64,000 nt of DNA, taken from positions 24,436 through 88,435 of the forward strand of contig JADYZW010000047.1 of the NCBI GenBank assembly GCA_020852955.1. Direction: 5' to 3'. Positions 46,462 to 54,344 of the stretch are shown in pieces (within the stretch, counting starts at the first letter, position 1; the number at the start of each line of letters is the position of its first letter). This DNA is from Deltaproteobacteria bacterium (GTDB lineage Bacteria; Desulfobacterota; Binatia; UTPRO1). The notes under the pieces are model-generated. The model had not been told where the DNA came from. It saw only the letters and a program-made list of their open reading frames with translations, and did no database searches. The position numbers were made by a program, and so were the translations under genes.

Positions 46462-48882
46462 TCAGGCGGGTGGAATCGTCAACTTCACGGGACCTTTGAT
46501 CTTCGCGACGCACGCCAACCGATACTTCACGGGATTCCAGTCGAGCTGCCGCACCTTTTCGATGGTGGGCCGCTCCATGCCGCCCGGATCGGGCGGCACG
46601 AAGTGCTCGGCGCCCTCGATGATCTCGACCGTGCAGAGGCCGCACTGGCCGATCTTGCACTCCCAATCGAGCGGCTCTTCGTGATGATCGCGCGGCGCGC
46701 CGTCCTTGCCGACCTTGCAATCGGGAAAGCGCGTGACGAGCTCGTGGAAATACGCGTGCAGCAGGTCCTGGTCCGGCGCGACCGGGATCGTGAGCTTGTA
46801 CTTCTCGTAGTCGAGCGCGGCGACGAGCCCGCCCGCGGTGGCGGCGGCGAGCGCGGCCGGAGCGGGTGCGGCCGGAGCGGCCGCGGCAGGCGGCGCGGCG
46901 GCGTGCGGCGCGGCGACGACCACGTCGCTCGGCGCGAGCTTCGATACCGGCGCGAACCGTTCGAAGCGGAACCGCTTGCTCGCGACCCGGAACTCGTCGC
47001 CGTTCGCGAGCCGGGTCGGCGCCGTCAGCTTCACGTACGTGCCGTTCTTGCTCCCGAGATCGAAGATGCCGAGCGCGCCGCCCTCGATCCGCAACTGCGC
47101 GTGGCGCCGGGACAAGCTCAGATCCGCCTTGTCGAGGGACACCGCCTCGACCCGGCCGACGATCATCCCCTTGCCTGGGATCGGATAGGTTTCCCGCTGC
47201 ACGCCCTCGGCGTCGAAGTGGGTGACGGCCCAGCCGTTCCCCTGCTCCACGACCATGAGGATCTGCGCGCCGATCCAGACGAGGTCGTTCGCGACGAGCG
47301 GCCGCCCCTCCTGCCCTTTGGCGCGGAGCCACACGCCGGCCCCGCCGCTCTCGTCCTCGAGCGCGTAGCCGTCGTCCTGGCGGGTCAGGAGCGCGTGCGT
47401 GTCGGCCATGTAGACGTCGTCGGCGCAGGCGATGTCGGGCGTCTTCCTGCCGATCGTGACCTGATCCTTCGTGAGCGGGAACGCCTCTTCCGGCGAGTCG
47501 TCGGGATGGAGGCTCACCAGCTGCGCCGCGCTCGCCGGACGCTTGGCGGCCTCGGCGTGCGACGGCGCCGGCGGCACGACGACCGGCGGCGGCGGAGCGC
47601 TCGGCGCCACGGACGGCGCGCTCGAGGGCGCGGCGGCCGCCGGCTTCGGCGGCGCGGGCGCCGGCGTCGGCGTCGGCGCCACCTCGGACTTCGGCACCTC
47701 CATGCCGGCGCGCAGCGCGATCGCCTCGACCGCCTTCACCGCATCGACCATGGCGGCCTTGATGTTGCGCTTCTCGACGACCTGCTCGTACGAGCCCGCG
47801 TCGTCGAAATCCTTGCAGCGCAGATATTTCGGCCCGCGCGCGTCGCCCACCAGGAACACGCCCGGCAACGACACCTCGCCGTCGTGGTTCACCAGCATCT
47901 GCGGTCGGTTGTTGAGGAGCGGGATCTTGATGCCGCAGCCTTGCAGCAGCTTCACCGGCAGGTCCTCGCCGATGCAGGCCACCACCTGATCCTTGGCGAA
48001 CTCGAGGTGGACGGTCTCACAGGGCCTGCCCGCCGAGATCTTGCGGTCGATCCGCACCGACAGGTACTCGAGCTTGTCGTCGGCGGTGACCACCGCGACG
48101 GGCTCCGAGAACGCGAGATAGCGGACGTTGCCGTTCCCGACGTAGGCGGAGAAGAACACCTCGGAGAGCGCCCGCGACACCTTCGGCATGCCGCCGCCGC
48201 GATACGACCAGTAGATCGCGCTCTGATCCTCGCCCGCGATCTTCGCGCCCGAGATCGCGATCACCGCCTCCGCCGCCGACGTGCCGCCGCCGATCACGAG
48301 CGCGGGCCTCCCGACGTAGTCCTTCGCGTCGTCGAGGCGGAACGCGATGCCGTCGGTGTTGCCGGGGATGTCGAACCGGCGCGGCACGCCCGCGCCGATC
48401 GCGAGGAGGACATTGCGCGCTTGGTAGCGCTCTTCCTCGCCGGTGCGATGGTTCCAGGTCCGGACGCTCCACACGCCCTCGGGCAGCCGGTCGAGCCCCG
48501 TGAACTCGTGGCCGATCTTCGCGGTCAGGCCGTACTCCTTGTACTTGGCCTTCCAGACCTTCACGAGATCGTCCTTGTCGATGTCGTCGAACGCGAGGGC
48601 CGCGAGCATCGGCCCGCCGGCCGGGAACTGGAGCTTGTCGCCGCCGCCGTAGCTCGGAAGGATCTGCTTCTCCTTCGGGTAGTCGCGGATGCGCTTCATC
48701 AGGTCGTCGTAGTCGACGACCAGGCAGGAGAGTCCGAGCTCCTTGCAGCGCACCGCCGCCGCGGTGCCGGCGGGACCGCCGCCCGCGACGAAGACGTCGA
48801 CGACGTCCGGCACGGCAGCCGGCTGGTCGACCTTCAGCGTCCCTCGGCGGGTATAGTCCGCCTCGTCTATCTTGTCGGACAT
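46462..48882 (-). CDS. FAD/NAD(P)-binding oxidoreductase fused to two FHA domains and a plant-type [2Fe-2S] ferredoxin domain
   Basis: Start re-called at ATG 48882 (MSDKIDEADY). FAD fold VDVFVAGGGPAGTAAA, second nucleotide fold PALVIGGGTSAAEA, then GVFLVGDA. After a Pro/Ala linker come FHA1 (VTIGRKTPDIACADDVYMADTHALLTRQDDGYALEDES) and FHA2 (MIVGRVEAVSLDKADLSLSRRHAQLRIEGGALGIFDLGSKNGTYV). The C-terminal CKIGQCGLC...LAC matches the C-x4-C-x2-C...C ferredoxin pattern. No signal peptide. Confidence 0.8.
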   Translation of the reverse strand: MSDKIDEADYTRRGTLKVDQPAAVPDVVDVFVAGGGPAGTAAAVRCKELGLSCLVVDYDDLMKRIRDYPKEKQILPSYGGGDKLQFPAGGPMLAALAFDDIDKDDLVKVWKAKYKEYGLTAKIGHEFTGLDRLPEGVWSVRTWNHRTGEEERYQARNVLLAIGAGVPRRFDIPGNTDGIAFRLDDAKDYVGRPALVIGGGTSAAEAVIAISGAKIAGEDQSAIYWSYRGGGMPKVSRALSEVFFSAYVGNGNVRYLAFSEPVAVVTADDKLEYLSVRIDRKISAGRPCETVHLEFAKDQVVACIGEDLPVKLLQGCGIKIPLLNNRPQMLVNHDGEVSLPGVFLVGDARGPKYLRCKDFDDAGSYEQVVEKRNIKAAMVDAVKAVEAIALRAGMEVPKSEVAPTPTPAPAPPKPAAAAPSSAPSVAPSAPPPPVVVPPAPSHAEAAKRPASAAQLVSLHPDDSPEEAFPLTKDQVTIGRKTPDIACADDVYMADTHALLTRQDDGYALEDESGGAGVWLRAKGQEGRPLVANDLVWIGAQILMVVEQGNGWAVTHFDAEGVQRETYPIPGKGMIVGRVEAVSLDKADLSLSRRHAQLRIEGGALGIFDLGSKNGTYVKLTAPTRLANGDEFRVASKRFRFERFAPVSKLAPSDVVVAAPHAAAPPAAAAPAAPAPAALAAATAGGLVAALDYEKYKLTIPVAPDQDLLHAYFHELVTRFPDCKVGKDGAPRDHHEEPLDWECKIGQCGLCTVEIIEGAEHFVPPDPGGMERPTIEKVRQLDWNPVKYRLACVAKIKGPVKLTIPPA

Positions 48883-48962
48883 CGACCCCGATCCCTTCTC
48901 GGGAACACCACGCCGCCCCACCGTAGAAGCCGCGCCTTCCTACTGATTCGGCGTCGAAGTTG

Positions 48963-50504
48963 TCAAGGATTCGCGGCCGGACGCGAGCGGAAGTAGTCGA
49001 CGATCGCGGCCGCGAAGGCGGGCACCGTGTAGTCCTTCGGCTCGACATCGACCGCGAGGCCGAGATCGCGCGCCGTCGCCGCGGTCACCGGACCGATACA
49101 TCCGACGGCGACGCCCGCGAGCACCGCGCCCAGGTCGCGGCCCGGAAAGAGCCCCGCGAAGTGCGTGACCGTACTCGAGCTCGTGAAGGTGACGAGGTCG
49201 GGACGCGGCGAGCCGGCGAAGAGCGCGGGCGCGGCCGCGGCCTCCGGCGGCAGCACCGTCCGGTAGGTCGCGACGTCGTCGACGAGCGCGCCCGCCGCCC
49301 GCAGGCGCTCCGGCAGGACCCGGCGCGCGCCGGCGGCGCGGGCAAGGAGCACCCGCTTCCCGGCGACGCCGCGCGCGACGAGGCCGTCGGCGACCGCCTC
49401 GGCGCGGTACTCCCCGGGCGTGAGCGCCGCCGCGAGCCCGCGCGCTCCGATGGCAGCCGCCGTCGCCGGCCCGATCGCCGCGATCGCGACGCCGGCGAGC
49501 TCGCGGACGTCGCGCCCGAGCGCGCGCAGGCGGTCGAAGAACACCTCGACGCCGTGCGGGCTCGTGAGCACGAGCCAGGCATAGCGGCCGAGGTCGGCGA
49601 GCGCGGCGTCCCACGCGGCGAACGACGCGGGAGGCTCGGGCGCGATCGTCGGCAGCGACACCACCTCGGCGCCCTCGCCCTCGAGGAGTGCGGCGAACGC
49701 CTCGGCCCGTCCGCGCGGCCGCGTCACGACGACGCGACGGCCGAAGAGCGGGCGGCGCTCGAACCAGCCGAGCTCCGCGGCCAATCCGACGACTCCCCCG
49801 ATCACGACGAGCGCCGGCGGCCGCAGTCCGGCGGCCGCGACGAGCGCCGGCAGTGTCGCAACGGTGCCGCGCACCACGCGCTGGCGCGCGGTCGTGCCCC
49901 AGCGGATCGCCGCGGCGGGCGTCGCGGGGTCGAGCCCGCCGGCGGTCAGGCGGTCGAGGTTGCCAGAGAGTTGCAGCACGCTCATGTAGAGCACGAGCGT
50001 GCCGCCCTGCCGCGCGAGCGCCTCCCACGGCACGGCACGGTCGCCCTCGCGGTCCGCCTCGTGACCGGTCACGAAGCTCACGACCGACGCGTGATCGCGG
50101 TGGGTGAGCGGGATCCCCGCGTAGGCCGGCGCCGCGACGGCCGCCGTGACGCCCGGCACCACCTCGAACGGAACGCCGGCCCGCACGCACGCGCGCGCCT
50201 CCGCGCCGCCACGACCGAACACGAAGGGATCGCCGCCCTTGAGGCGCACGACCGAGCGTCCGGCGCGCGCGTATCCGAGCATCGTCTCGGTGATCTGCGC
50301 TTGCGTGAGGCGCACGCCGGAGCCGTGCTTGCCGGTGAAGATCACCTCGCAGTCGGGTCGGGTGAACGCGAGCAGACTCGGGTTCGAGAGGGCGTCGTAG
50401 ATCACGACGTCGGCGCTCTCGAGACGGCGCTTGCCGTGGAGCGTGAGGAGCCCCGGGTCGCCCGGCCCGGCGCCGACCAGGCTGACGCGGCCGCCGGCGC
50501 TCAC
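48963..50504 (-). CDS. cobA/hemD: Bifunctional uroporphyrinogen-III C-methyltransferase / uroporphyrinogen-III synthase
   Basis: N-terminal SUMT (VSLVGAGPGDPGLLTLHGKRRLESADVVIYDAL, VRLKGGDPFVFGRGGAE) with a C-terminal HemD-like half. Confidence 0.88.
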   Translation of the reverse strand: MSAGGRVSLVGAGPGDPGLLTLHGKRRLESADVVIYDALSNPSLLAFTRPDCEVIFTGKHGSGVRLTQAQITETMLGYARAGRSVVRLKGGDPFVFGRGGAEARACVRAGVPFEVVPGVTAAVAAPAYAGIPLTHRDHASVVSFVTGHEADREGDRAVPWEALARQGGTLVLYMSVLQLSGNLDRLTAGGLDPATPAAAIRWGTTARQRVVRGTVATLPALVAAAGLRPPALVVIGGVVGLAAELGWFERRPLFGRRVVVTRPRGRAEAFAALLEGEGAEVVSLPTIAPEPPASFAAWDAALADLGRYAWLVLTSPHGVEVFFDRLRALGRDVRELAGVAIAAIGPATAAAIGARGLAAALTPGEYRAEAVADGLVARGVAGKRVLLARAAGARRVLPERLRAAGALVDDVATYRTVLPPEAAAAPALFAGSPRPDLVTFTSSSTVTHFAGLFPGRDLGAVLAGVAVGCIGPVTAATARDLGLAVDVEPKDYTVPAFAAAIVDYFRSRPAANP

Positions 50505-51427
50505 GAACGGCTCGTGCCGGCGCGCGCGACCAACGCCGCCGCGCCGCGCGTGAGGAGGGCCTCGGCGAGCCGCGTTCCGATGTCGGCGGCGGCGTCGCGC
50601 GGCCCGTCGAAGGCGTCGCCGAGGATCTCGCGACCGTCGACCGACGCCACGATCGCCCGCATGCGGAGCTGGTCGCGGTGGACGGTCGCGTACGCCGCGA
50701 GCGGCGTGTGGCAGTCGCCGCCGATCGCGGCGAGAAAAGCGCGCTCGGCCACCGCCGCGGCGCGGGTCGGAGGATCGTCGAGCGCCGCGACGACCCGGCG
50801 CGTCGCCGCGTCGTCCTCCCGCACCTCGAGCGCGAGGATGCCCTGACCGATCGCGGGCAGGAAGCGCGCCGCCGGGATCGCCACGAGGCCGGCGGGCGCG
50901 AGACCGAGGCGCTCGAGCCCCGCCGCGGCGAGCAGGATGGCGTCGACCTCGCAGGCCCCGAGCTTGCGCAGGCGCGTATCGACGTTACCGCGCATGTCGA
51001 CGACGCCGAGATCGGGCCGCAGCGCCGCGAGCTGGGCGCGTCGGCGGAGGCTCGACGTGCCGACCCGCATGCCGGCCGGCAGGCGTCCGAGCCCGACGCC
51101 GACCGGCGAGATCACCACGTCGCGCGGGTCGGCGCGCGGCGGCGTGGCGGCGATCTCGAGCCCCGCGGGCAGTACCGCCGGCACGTCCTTCAACGAGTGC
51201 ACCGCGAGGTCGATGCGACCGCGCGCCAATGCCTCCTCGATCTCCTTCACGAACAGACCCTTGCCCCCGAGAGCGGCGAGGCTTCCGGTCGCGACGTCGC
51301 CGCTCGTGCGGATCGTGATGAGCTCGACGGGCGTGCCGCGGCGCTCGATCTCCGCCGCGACCATGCCGGACTGACGGAGCGCGAGCGCGCTGCCGCGGGT
51401 GCCGAGGCGAAGCGGCTCGACGCTCAT
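50501..51427 (-). CDS. hemC: Hydroxymethylbilane synthase (porphobilinogen deaminase)
   Basis: Motifs LRLGTRGSALALRQ, HSLKDVP and RGNVDTRLRKL. It has 4-nt overlaps on both sides. Confidence 0.92.
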   Translation of the reverse strand: MSVEPLRLGTRGSALALRQSGMVAAEIERRGTPVELITIRTSGDVATGSLAALGGKGLFVKEIEEALARGRIDLAVHSLKDVPAVLPAGLEIAATPPRADPRDVVISPVGVGLGRLPAGMRVGTSSLRRRAQLAALRPDLGVVDMRGNVDTRLRKLGACEVDAILLAAAGLERLGLAPAGLVAIPAARFLPAIGQGILALEVREDDAATRRVVAALDDPPTRAAAVAERAFLAAIGGDCHTPLAAYATVHRDQLRMRAIVASVDGREILGDAFDGPRDAAADIGTRLAEALLTRGAAALVARAGTSRS

Positions 51428-52734
51428 TTCTCCTCCTCGGGATCGTCCGTCAGGCGCGCCGCCGGGATCTCCAGGTCGAAGAGGCGCCGGACACTGGCGG
51501 CGAGATCGGGATCGTCGGGCGCCCCTTCGCGCTTCAGCGAGGCGAGCGGCGTGTGCAGGATCTTGTTCACGATCGACGACGTCAGCGCGTCGAGCAGCGC
51601 GCGGTGGCGCGGCGCCGCGTCCTGGAGCGCCGTCAGCGCCTTTTCGAGCTCGGCCCGGCGGATGGTCTCGAGCTTCTCCCGCAGCGCCACGATCGTCGGC
51701 ACGACGTCGAGGCCCGCGAGCCAGCGCACGAACCGCTCGACCTCGTCCTCGACGATGGCCTCGGCGCGCAGCGCCTCGCGCTCGCGCTCGCCGGTGTGGT
51801 CGGCGCTCGTCCGGGCGAGATCGTCCATGTCGTAGACGTAGACGTTGTCGAGGTCGTTGATCGCCGGATCGAAGTTGCGGGGCACGGCGAGGTCGATGAA
51901 GAACATCGGCCGCTGCTTGCGGGCGCGCAGGACCTCCTGGACGAGCTGCGGACCGACGAGGTGGTCGGCGGCGCCGGCGGAGCCGATCACGATGTCGGCG
52001 TGCTTCAGGTACTCGGCGAGGCGCTCGAACGGAATCGCCAGGCCGCCGAACGCGTGGGCGAGCGCGGCCGCGTGGTCGAAGGTGCGGGTCGTCACCATGA
52101 TGTCGCCGGTGCCGCGCGCCTGGAGATGGCGCGCGACGAGCTGGCTCATCTTGCCGGCGCCGACCAGCATCACCGTCTTGTCCTCCAGCGTCTCGAAGAT
52201 GGTGCGGGTGAGGTCGGCGGCAACCGACGCGACCGACACGGACTTGCTGGCGATGCCCGTCTCGGTGCGGACGCGCTTCGCCACCGTGAAGGCCCGGTGA
52301 AACGCCTTGTGCAGCACCGGCCCCGACGTCCCGGCCGCCGCGGCCGCCACGTACTGATCCTTCATCTGACCGAGGATCTGCGGCTCGCCGACGACCATCG
52401 AATCCAGGCTCGCCGCGACCCGGAAGAGGTGGCGGATCGCGTCCCGGCCGTGGTGGACGTAGAGGTGGGGCGCGAACGCCGAGCGCTCCACTTCGCGCAC
52501 GCGCGTGAGGTACGCCTCCACCTGGGCGGCCACCATCGCGGCCGGCACCGACGTGCCGGTCACCACCTCCACGCGGTTGCAGGTGGAAACGATCGCCGCC
52601 TCCTGCACGCCCGGCACCGCTTTGAGCTCGCCGAGCGCCGTCGCGATCCCATCCGCCGGGAACGCCAGACGCTCGCGCAGCGCGACCGGCGCGGTGCGAT
52701 GGTTCACGCCGACGATACAGAGGTCGCGCGCCAC
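51424..52734 (-). CDS. hemA: Glutamyl-tRNA reductase
   Basis: Start re-called at GTG 52734 (VARDLCIVGVNHRTAPVALRERLAF). It has the catalytic STCNRVE motif and the NADPH fold VMLVGAGKMSQL. Confidence 0.9.
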   Translation of the reverse strand: MARDLCIVGVNHRTAPVALRERLAFPADGIATALGELKAVPGVQEAAIVSTCNRVEVVTGTSVPAAMVAAQVEAYLTRVREVERSAFAPHLYVHHGRDAIRHLFRVAASLDSMVVGEPQILGQMKDQYVAAAAAGTSGPVLHKAFHRAFTVAKRVRTETGIASKSVSVASVAADLTRTIFETLEDKTVMLVGAGKMSQLVARHLQARGTGDIMVTTRTFDHAAALAHAFGGLAIPFERLAEYLKHADIVIGSAGAADHLVGPQLVQEVLRARKQRPMFFIDLAVPRNFDPAINDLDNVYVYDMDDLARTSADHTGEREREALRAEAIVEDEVERFVRWLAGLDVVPTIVALREKLETIRRAELEKALTALQDAAPRHRALLDALTSSIVNKILHTPLASLKREGAPDDPDLAASVRRLFDLEIPAARLTDDPEEEK

Positions 52735-52736
52735 GG

Positions 52737-53558
52737 TCAGTCGAAGCTCCCTCCGTGCTTGCCGGGGAAGATCATCTGTCCGAAGACGAACGACGCGAAG
52801 AGCAGCGTGAAGCCGACGATGGTGACGGTCGCGGCGCGCCGGCCGCGCCACCCGGCCACCATGCGCGCCTCGAGCAGCCCCGCGTAGACGCCCCAGGTGA
52901 CGAGCGAGAATATCTCTCGCTCGTCCCACGACCAGAACCGTCCCCAGGTGTGCTTCGCGAAGAGCGCGCCGGTCACGATGCCGAGCGTGAGGAGCGGAAA
53001 GCCCCAGGCGAGGGCGCGATAGTTGAGCGTATCGAGCGCCTCGAGCGACGGCAGCCGGCTGGAGAGCCCACCGATGCGCTTCTCCTTCAACTGCCGTTCG
53101 CGAAAGAGGTAGACGAGGCTCACGCAGAATGCGAGCGCGAGGATCGCGTTGCCGAGAAAGGCCGCGGTCACGTGCACGGGCAGCCACGCGCTCCGGAGGT
53201 TCGGGGGTAGCTCGCGCACCCCGGCGTAGAACGCGAAGGACGCGAGCGTCACCGTGAAGGCGAGCGGCGCGACGACCGCCCCGACGGCGGGCAGGTGATA
53301 GCGCGCTTGCACCCCGAGATAGACGCCGACGGTGAGCCAGGCGAAGAACGACAGCGCCTCGTATTCCGTCGTGAAGGCGGGATAGCCCGCCGCGACCGAC
53401 CGCAGGAAGATGCTCGCGCCGTGCGCCGCGAAGGCCGCCGCGAGGCCGAGGGTGCCGAGGCGGCGCGCGGCCGGCATGAGGCTCAGGAGGTGCAGGCTCA
53501 GGCCGACCGCGGCGGCCAGATAGGCGACGAGCGCGATCTTCAGCAGCAGGAGGTCCAT
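52737..53558 (-). CDS. Cytochrome c assembly protein, CcsA/HemX-like
   Basis: Start re-called at ATG 53558 (MDLLLLKIALVAYL). It is polytopic and carries the Trp-rich haem-handling motif WGRFWSWDEREI. Confidence 0.8.
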   Translation of the reverse strand: MDLLLLKIALVAYLAAAVGLSLHLLSLMPAARRLGTLGLAAAFAAHGASIFLRSVAAGYPAFTTEYEALSFFAWLTVGVYLGVQARYHLPAVGAVVAPLAFTVTLASFAFYAGVRELPPNLRSAWLPVHVTAAFLGNAILALAFCVSLVYLFRERQLKEKRIGGLSSRLPSLEALDTLNYRALAWGFPLLTLGIVTGALFAKHTWGRFWSWDEREIFSLVTWGVYAGLLEARMVAGWRGRRAATVTIVGFTLLFASFVFGQMIFPGKHGGSFD

Positions 53559-53563
53559 GGCGA

Positions 53564-54238
53564 TCAGCGATCCTCTCCGACCGCGAGGTCGATGCCGAGC
53601 TCGGCGAGCGTCGTGCGCGTCCCGGCGTGCTCGCGCAAGAGCGCATCGACGCGCGCCGCGTCGCGGGCGCGGAGCGCGTCGAGGAGCGGCGCGTCGGCGA
53701 GCGCCGCGAAGATCCGGCCGCGCGTCGACGCGTCGCCGGCGCCGAGCCGGGTCCGGAGCGCGCCGAGAATGCGCGCCGCCGTGCCCCACTCCACGCCGAG
53801 CGTGGCGTCGAGGTCGCGCGCGAGGCGCTTCGCGAGTGCCGGGCTCGCCCCGCCGGTCGAGACCGCGACCTGCACGGGGCCGCGGCGCACCACCGCGGGA
53901 ACGATGAAACCACACCGGCGCGGCTGGTCGACGACGTTGAGGAAGACGCGCGCCTCCTCGGCCTCGACCGCGATGGCCGCGAGCTGGGACTCGTCGCCTG
54001 CGGCGGCGCAGGCGAGCCACGCGCCGTCCAGGTCGCCCCGCCGGTACGCCCGCGCGTGGTGGACGATCTCGTGCGTATCGGCGAGCCCCCGGAGCTCCTC
54101 GGCGAGCGTCGGGCTCACCACGGTCACGCGCGCCCCGGCCTCGAGAAGCGCCGCGACCTTGCGCGCGGCGATCTCTCCGCCCCCGATCACGATGCACGGA
54201 CGCCCACGCAGGTCGAGATACGCCGGGTAATACTGCAC
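53564..54238 (-). CDS. sirC: Precorrin-2 dehydrogenase / sirohydrochlorin ferrochelatase (siroheme synthase N-terminal type)
   Basis: MQYYPAYLDLRGRPCIVIGGGEIAARKVAALLEAGARVTVVSP is typical of the CysG-N/SirC/Met8 family. Confidence 0.85.
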   Translation of the reverse strand: MQYYPAYLDLRGRPCIVIGGGEIAARKVAALLEAGARVTVVSPTLAEELRGLADTHEIVHHARAYRRGDLDGAWLACAAAGDESQLAAIAVEAEEARVFLNVVDQPRRCGFIVPAVVRRGPVQVAVSTGGASPALAKRLARDLDATLGVEWGTAARILGALRTRLGAGDASTRGRIFAALADAPLLDALRARDAARVDALLREHAGTRTTLAELGIDLAVGEDR

Positions 54239-54344
54239 GCCCGGTCACCCTATTATCGGCCGCCCCGACGCTCAAGGCGGATCGCGGGACAGGACGCGCG
54301 CGCGCATCGGCGCCGGAGGATTCGCGGCGGCGCCGAAGGCGCGC

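Noticed and set aside
24578-48882. The FHA + PP2C combination read as a type VI secretion threonine-phosphorylation pathway.
   Set aside because: No T6SS core genes (TssB/C sheath, Hcp, VgrG, TssM, ClpV) are present among the ORFs. The neighbouring genes are cytochromes and Fe-S/flavin proteins instead.
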